Shown: positions 1 through 6,296 of the stretch, piece by piece
Position numbering within the stretch: the stretch's first letter is position 1
Layout of the letters: each line of letters starts with the position of its first letter
Assembly: GCA_963662645.2 (NCBI GenBank)
Contig: OY759762.1
Span: 1,802,004-1,834,003 of the forward strand
Length of the DNA stretch: 32,000 nucleotides
From: Acidimicrobiales bacterium
Lineage (GTDB): Bacteria; Actinomycetota; Acidimicrobiia; Acidimicrobiales; Aldehydirespiratoraceae
Direction of reading: 5' to 3'
The notes under the pieces: model-generated
Databases searched by the model: none
Told to the model about the DNA's origin: nothing
Seen by the model: only the letters and a program-made list of their open reading frames with translations
Translations under genes and position numbers: made by a program

Positions 1-1117
<1,117 letters not shown>

Positions 1118-1226
1118 GAGTTCTTCCTTTCACTATCTAATTCACAGGCATGGCTCCGCTGGCAATATGGGAACGGCTACTACGTCCCATGCGGCTACCC
1201 AACAGTGTGAAGCAGCCTTGTTCGCG

Positions 1227-1240
1227 ATAGTATATACTAT
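1227..1240. promoter_or_regulatory. perfect 14-bp AT-rich palindrome in the divergent intergenic region (candidate operator or bidirectional -10 region)
   Basis: atagtatatactat equals its own reverse complement. It lies midway in the 221-bp AT-rich spacer between the divergent genes starting at 1117 (-) and 1339 (+). A weaker plus-strand promoter candidate is TTGCGA (1280-1285), 15 nt spacer, TAATTT (1301-1306). Confidence 0.35.
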
Positions 1241-1338
1241 GGTTTGATGATCTGCTTGAGAGAAAAGGACAATCACAGATTGCGAGTGCACCACTGGCCG
1301 TAATTTTGGGGTAGGACCAAAGGGAGAGAGGGGCGACG

Positions 1339-2547
1339 ATGAGTGGTCCGAAGTGCGCCAGATATCGCATCGACCCGGCTGTGTTGGCCGAGGCGAGGAG
1401 GAGATCGGCTGCATTGGCCGTGCGCGACGGCTTGATCGACCGCATCGCGGCCTTCGAGACAGTGTGCGCCGCTCGACGCAGGGCCGGGCGCACTGCTATG
1501 TGGGAGTGGCAGTCGGGAAGCGTCTCCCGGTCGACCGGCACAGCCGAGATCGAAACGTGGAACATCGAAGCTACAAGGGCGCTGGCAGAAGCCGAGTCGG
1601 AACTCGCCGAAGTCGAACGAAGCGAGCGCCAGCAGGACATCCGCAGCAGGATCGCCGCCGTGGCCTCAGGACGCATCGGCGATCTGATACGTGGCGATGC
1701 CGCGGCCAAGAAGGCTGACGACGACGAGCCGAGACAGCCGGCCGAGTCGGGATCGCCCGGCGCGACCGTGACCGACGACGACCGCCACCGCGAGATCGCG
1801 GCACTGATAGACCGGCTGCCAATCGGTGCGACCGCCCAAGAGCGTGACGCCATCGACGAGCAGATCACCGGGCTGGCGGAGGCGGCGGCAACCGAGTTCA
1901 GCTCCCGCCTCGTCGGGCTCAAGGCCGAGATACAGCGCGTCGAACGGTCGGTCGAATCCCGCGCTGAGGTGCACCGGCGCGCTGAGCAGCTTCTGAGAAC
2001 CCTCGACGGACTAGAGGGCGGCGAGATAGCCGAGAGCCGAGCACTACTGCATCGGGTGATCTCCGGTCAGACGCCTCTGCTGCATGCCGACGTGGAGCGT
2101 GTGGCGCGGGCGCGCTCCGCGGCAACTGCCGACTTCGAGCGACGCCTCGTCGCCACCAAGATCGAGGAGGCGCTTCGACGGTCGGGGATCGAGGTCGGAG
2201 CGGGCTTCGCTACCGATGTCGTCAAAGGCGAGAAGGCCTATGGGGCGGCCCGCTCCTCCGATGAGCACGCCGTCGAACTCCAACTGCGCGACGGCCTCGT
2301 GGACATGCGCATCGTTCGGGCGTCCGGCACATCCGACCCTCGACGCGACACTGCGGCAGAGGTCGAGTTTTGTGAGGACGTCGAACGCGTCAGCTCAGAA
2401 CTGCACAGCCGCGGCGTGGACTTGACGCTCATCAGCAACCAACCTCCGGGCGCGGCCAGGGTCGAGGTCGTCCCCCGCGCTCAGGACGCGCTGGCGGCGC
2501 GGCGACGCAGACGCGCCCAGCCAATCGGAAGGAAACGCGAGAGATGA
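1339..2547 (+). CDS. hypothetical protein, Ala/Arg/Glu-rich and probably largely alpha-helical or coiled-coil, with a compact C-terminal domain; first gene of the six-gene operon
   Basis: 402-aa ORF with GGGAGAGAGG 6-8 nt upstream of the ATG. Long heptad-like helical stretches (EATRALAEAESELAEVERSERQQDIRSRI; LVGLKAEIQRVERSVESRAEVHRRAEQLLRTL). Its stop overlaps the next start (ATGA at 2544-2547). No domain recognised. Confidence 0.7.
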   Translation: MSGPKCARYRIDPAVLAEARRRSAALAVRDGLIDRIAAFETVCAARRRAGRTAMWEWQSGSVSRSTGTAEIETWNIEATRALAEAESELAEVERSERQQDIRSRIAAVASGRIGDLIRGDAAAKKADDDEPRQPAESGSPGATVTDDDRHREIAALIDRLPIGATAQERDAIDEQITGLAEAAATEFSSRLVGLKAEIQRVERSVESRAEVHRRAEQLLRTLDGLEGGEIAESRALLHRVISGQTPLLHADVERVARARSAATADFERRLVATKIEEALRRSGIEVGAGFATDVVKGEKAYGAARSSDEHAVELQLRDGLVDMRIVRASGTSDPRRDTAAEVEFCEDVERVSSELHSRGVDLTLISNQPPGAARVEVVPRAQDALAARRRRRAQPIGRKRER

Positions 2548-4469
2548 CCGACACCCAAGAACCGGCCAACGCCGCACGGCAGGCCGACACCGCACAAGCC
2601 GACACAGCCCAGGAAACTGGCGCCACGCAAGAGATCGAAGTGGCGGCCGACCCTGCGTGGCCGGCTTGGCTGAGGGAGATAGATGCACTGTTGGCGGTCC
2701 ATTCCCAGTTCGTGCTCTCGGGCAATGTGCACGACAGATACCGGCTTCCCTCGAGCGAGACGCCGCTGGCCGACACAATCTCCGCCGCCCTACTGGCAGG
2801 ACTGCGCGGGGCAGGATTCCAAGCGCTGATAGTCCATGACGTGGTCGACGGCTACCGCGTCGTCGCCGACGACCATGAGGCGGCCTGGGCCGATGCCCAT
2901 GCCCTGACCGGCCACGACCTGCGCTCGGCGCCGGCGGACGACCTCGGCCGGCTCGCCGGGGTCATCAATTCCTTCGCGGTGGGCGAAGGTCCCCGCATGG
3001 GACTGGTGCTCGAGTACGCCAGCCGTATCAGCCCGAGCATCACCGACCTGGGCCCGCGGGAGCACGCATTCTTCGCCGCCAGCCTCAAGTGCTCCCACGA
3101 GGCCCGTCCGGGCCACCACCCGTCCGCGTCGCGCGGCGCGATCTACAACCCGGTGTTCTGGGTCGTCGACCGCGAGCACGACCTCCCGGCATGGCTCACG
3201 GCGGGCAATCGGGGCATCCGGGCGATCCCGGTGCCCTGGCCCAGCCTGGCCGAACGCGAGGAGACGGCGGCGCTGCTCGCGGCCACAGCCGACGACGAGG
3301 ACCGCGACCATGCCGTCGAGACGCTGTCCACCCGCACGGAGGGCATGAGCACGGCGAGCCTGTTCGACATCGCGACACTGTTCGTCGACCAACGGATCTC
3401 CTACAGCGACGCGGAGGACGCCGTGCGGGTCTACAAGCTGGGGGCCGCCGAGAGTCCGTGGCGGCGCGGCGCAGCAACCCAGCGGCTTCGGGACCACGAT
3501 GTCGAGGGGGTGCTCAACGGCAAGGTGAAGGGACAGCAGGCCGCGGTCACCAAGGCCGCCGACATCCTCCGGCGCGCCGCGCTCGGACTGTCCGGCGCGC
3601 AGGCGGGGGCAAGCTCGAGCCGGCCCAGGGGCGTGCTGTTCTTCGCCGGGCCGACCGGCGTCGGCAAGACGCTGCTCGCAAAGGCCGTGACCGAGCTGGT
3701 CTTCGGCTCTGAGGACTCCTACGTGCGATTCGACATGAGCGAGTTCACATCCGAGCACGCCGGCGACCGGCTCGTGGGCGCTCCACCGGGCTACATCGGC
3801 TTCGAGGGCGGAGGCGAGCTCACCAACGCGGTGCGCCGCAAGCCCTACACGCTGCTGCTCTTCGACGAGATCGAGAAGGCCCATCCCCGCATCCTCGACA
3901 AGTTCCTGCAACTTCTCGACGACGGCCGCCTCACCGACGGACGGGGCACCACGGTCCACTTCTCCGACACGCTGGTCGTGTTCACCTCGAATCTCGGCAT
4001 GACCCAGCCAGCTCGCGACGGCACCGGCGTCCGCGTGCCGACGGTCACCCCCGCCGACTCCTACAACGTGATCGAGGCCCGAGTCACCGAGGAGATCCGC
4101 CGCTACTTCACCGAGGACCTCAACCGGCCCGAGTTGCTCAACCGGGTCGGCGACAACCTGGTGGTGTTCGACTTCATCCGCCGACCGGTCGCGGTGGAGA
4201 TCATCGACCTCATGCTGGGCAACATCGTTGCCCGGGTCGAGGAGTCCACCGGCACCACCATCGAGATCTCGGACCAGGCGATGGAACAGATCCACGAACT
4301 CGCCACCGCTGACTTGACATTCGGCGGGCGCGGCATCGGCAATGTGCTCGAATCGCGCTTCGTGAACCCGCTGGCGCGGGCGCTCTTCGCCCGAGAACCC
4401 TCGCCCGCTGCCAGCGTCAAGGTCATGGAGGTGTCGAGCGGCAGTGTCCCCCAAGTGGTGCTGCAGTGA
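2544..4469 (+). CDS. two-module AAA+ ATPase: degenerate N-terminal AAA-like module plus an active ClpA/ClpB D2-type module
   Basis: C-terminal half: GKVKGQQAAVTKAADILRRAALGL, Walker A GPTGVGKT, GAPPGYIGFEGGGELT, Walker B LLLFDEIEKAHP, LQLLDDGRLTDGRGTTVHFSDTLVVFTSN. This is colinear with the ClpB/ClpA D2 (AAA_2) signature and is followed by a D2-small-like tail. N-terminal half: AAA-like layout, but the P-loop position reads FVLSGNVHDRY and the Walker B position reads LVLEYA, so it is probably inactive. Confidence 0.9.
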   Translation: MTDTQEPANAARQADTAQADTAQETGATQEIEVAADPAWPAWLREIDALLAVHSQFVLSGNVHDRYRLPSSETPLADTISAALLAGLRGAGFQALIVHDVVDGYRVVADDHEAAWADAHALTGHDLRSAPADDLGRLAGVINSFAVGEGPRMGLVLEYASRISPSITDLGPREHAFFAASLKCSHEARPGHHPSASRGAIYNPVFWVVDREHDLPAWLTAGNRGIRAIPVPWPSLAEREETAALLAATADDEDRDHAVETLSTRTEGMSTASLFDIATLFVDQRISYSDAEDAVRVYKLGAAESPWRRGAATQRLRDHDVEGVLNGKVKGQQAAVTKAADILRRAALGLSGAQAGASSSRPRGVLFFAGPTGVGKTLLAKAVTELVFGSEDSYVRFDMSEFTSEHAGDRLVGAPPGYIGFEGGGELTNAVRRKPYTLLLFDEIEKAHPRILDKFLQLLDDGRLTDGRGTTVHFSDTLVVFTSNLGMTQPARDGTGVRVPTVTPADSYNVIEARVTEEIRRYFTEDLNRPELLNRVGDNLVVFDFIRRPVAVEIIDLMLGNIVARVEESTGTTIEISDQAMEQIHELATADLTFGGRGIGNVLESRFVNPLARALFAREPSPAASVKVMEVSSGSVPQVVLQ

Positions 4470-5128
4470 CGGTCGTAGCCGTCAACCGACTCCACTGGCC
4501 CGTGACCGTGCTCGGGCCGGGAAGACGGGTCGGGATCTGGGTCCAGGGATGCTCTATCGAGTGCCCGGGATGCGTCTCGCGGGACACTTGGCCGTCGATG
4601 AGCCACCGCGACCGCATCCCCGTGGCTGATCTGACCGCCCGCATCGACGCGCTGGTAGACCGCGGGGCCGAGGGGCCCATCGACGGAATCACGCTCACCG
4701 GGGGCGAGCCGTTCGATCAGGCCGACGCGCTCGACGGGCTCCTCGGAGCGCTCCGAAGCTGGCTGGACCGGCGAGGCGCGCCGTCTGCGGACCTGCTCGT
4801 GTACACCGGCTACGAGGAGTCCCAAGCCCGGGAACTCGCGGCCGGAGCCTTCGAACTCGCCGACGCGGTGATCGCCGGGCCGTACCGCGCGGGCCAACCG
4901 GGGACCCGCTGGTGGGGCTCCGGCAATCAGCGCCTGATCACCCGCGACGACGATGCCGCCGCCCGCTACCGGTCGGCACTGCGGGAGGCGCGCCCGGAGC
5001 TGCAAGTAGCCGTCGAGCAGGGGCAGGTGTTCATCATCGGCGTGCCCGGCCGCGGCGCCCTGGCCCAGGTGGAGACCCGGCTGGCCGACGCGGGAGTCGG
5101 CCTGGGGGGCGTGTCGTGGCGACCGTGA
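4466..5128 (+). CDS. NrdG/PflA-like radical SAM activating-enzyme family protein (4Fe-4S, CX3CX2C)
   Basis: GPGRRVGIWVQGCSIECPGCVSRDTW, with Cys codons at 4550-4552, 4562-4564 and 4571-4573. Then GITLTGGEPFDQ, LLVYTGY and DAVIAGPYRAGQPGTRWWGSGNQRLI, colinear with the small anaerobic-RNR activase (NrdG) pattern GC..C.GC.N..W / SGGEP / YTGY / RGS.NQR. The GTG start overlaps the upstream stop (GTGA, 4466-4469). Confidence 0.85.
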   Translation: MTVVAVNRLHWPVTVLGPGRRVGIWVQGCSIECPGCVSRDTWPSMSHRDRIPVADLTARIDALVDRGAEGPIDGITLTGGEPFDQADALDGLLGALRSWLDRRGAPSADLLVYTGYEESQARELAAGAFELADAVIAGPYRAGQPGTRWWGSGNQRLITRDDDAAARYRSALREARPELQVAVEQGQVFIIGVPGRGALAQVETRLADAGVGLGGVSWRP

Positions 5129-5589
5129 CCTGTTCGGGTGCGGACTGCGGCACCGTGTTGGGACCCGCAGACCTGCTGTGTCCCTCCTGCGGCCGTCCCA
5201 GACCGAGGGCGGTTCACACTGCGGGGGCGGGCCGACCGCTCGCCCAGTCGACGCTCGACCAGCCAGACGGCGGCGCCGCCCGCCGTTTCCGCCTCGTCGC
5301 ACCCTGGGGCGAACTCGCCATCGGGGACGCCGAGACCGACATAGGCCGTGAGGTAGGGCCGTTCGCGGCCGAGTTGAGCGGCTACCCGACCGTCTCGAGA
5401 CGGCACGCGACACTGCGGATCACCGAGTCGGGAAGGCTGCACGTGATCGACCACAACTCCTCCAACGGAACGTTCAAGAACGACAGCCGGATCGAGGCGA
5501 ACATCCCGGTGGAGTTGTGCGACCGCGACACGGTGTCGTTCTCGACGAGGCTGAGATTGGACGTGCGAGTGGAGGACGAGCACCCGTGA
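5125..5589 (+). CDS. zinc-ribbon plus FHA-domain protein
   Basis: In frame with track ORF 4912..5589. I place the start at GTG 5125, which overlaps the upstream stop (GTGA). N-terminus CSGADCGTVLGPADLLCPSCG (four Cys, ribbon-like). C-terminus has FHA hallmarks: IGREVGP...TVSRRHATLRI...HVIDHNSSNGTFKN. Confidence 0.85.
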   Translation: MTCSGADCGTVLGPADLLCPSCGRPRPRAVHTAGAGRPLAQSTLDQPDGGAARRFRLVAPWGELAIGDAETDIGREVGPFAAELSGYPTVSRRHATLRITESGRLHVIDHNSSNGTFKNDSRIEANIPVELCDRDTVSFSTRLRLDVRVEDEHP

Positions 5590-6296
5590 AGATCGCCGCG
5601 ACCACCCGGCGCGGCCAGCGGCGCGCCGAGAACCAGGACCGGATAGTGGTCGATAGCACCGTCCTGGGCAGCGACGTCGGCGGGACGACCGAGTTCGACA
5701 CCGGACCGCTCACCCTGTTGGCGGTGATCGACGGCATGGGGGGGCATCCGGCCGGCGGCGTGGCGGCCGCGGCCGCGGCCGATGTGATGGCGTCGGGGTT
5801 CCGCCGGCTGCGGACTCGCGAGGACGTAGGAAGGCTCGTCGAGGACGCCAACGACGAACTGTACGCCCTGATGGACCGGGTGTCCGGGCTGAGCGGTATG
5901 GGCGCGGCCGTAGCGGGGATCTTCACCGCTTCCGACGGACTCGTGATCTTCAACGTGGGCGATGCTCGGGTCTATCTGCACTCCAGCGGCTACCTGATGC
6001 AGGCGAGCATCGACGACCGCCGCCCCGGCGACGACACCGGCCCTGTGACCCAGTCGCTGGGAGGCCTGCGGGCCCATTCGCCGGTCCAGGTCCACCTGAG
6101 CAGCGAGCCCTATGACGGCGGCACAGCACTGGTGGCCAGCGACGGACTGTTTTCCCAGGTGTCCCATGAGCGCCTCGCCGAAGCCATGGCCGCCCCACCG
6201 GCTCGCGCCGCGAGCCGGTTGCTGGACACCGCCCTCGCGGCAGGCAGCCAGGACGACATCTCCCTGGGCTTGCTGCAGCTTCCGTCCCATGGCTGA
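5586..6296 (+). CDS. PP2C-family Ser/Thr protein phosphatase
   Basis: RRGQRRAENQDR, AVIDGMGGHPAGGVAA, NVGDARVYL, LVASDGLF, SQDDISLGLL. The start is taken as GTG 5586 overlapping the FHA gene stop (GTGA); track ORF 5517..6296 is in the same frame. Confidence 0.9.
   Translation: MKIAATTRRGQRRAENQDRIVVDSTVLGSDVGGTTEFDTGPLTLLAVIDGMGGHPAGGVAAAAAADVMASGFRRLRTREDVGRLVEDANDELYALMDRVSGLSGMGAAVAGIFTASDGLVIFNVGDARVYLHSSGYLMQASIDDRRPGDDTGPVTQSLGGLRAHSPVQVHLSSEPYDGGTALVASDGLFSQVSHERLAEAMAAPPARAASRLLDTALAAGSQDDISLGLLQLPSHG

Noticed and set aside
2790-5413. Long minus-strand ORFs 2790..4454 (554 aa) and 4103..5413 (436 aa)
   Set aside because: They are antisense to the AAA+, rSAM and FHA genes, which carry unambiguous catalytic motifs. 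The translations are Arg/Gly/Ala/Pro-rich with no motifs, so these are shadow ORFs.
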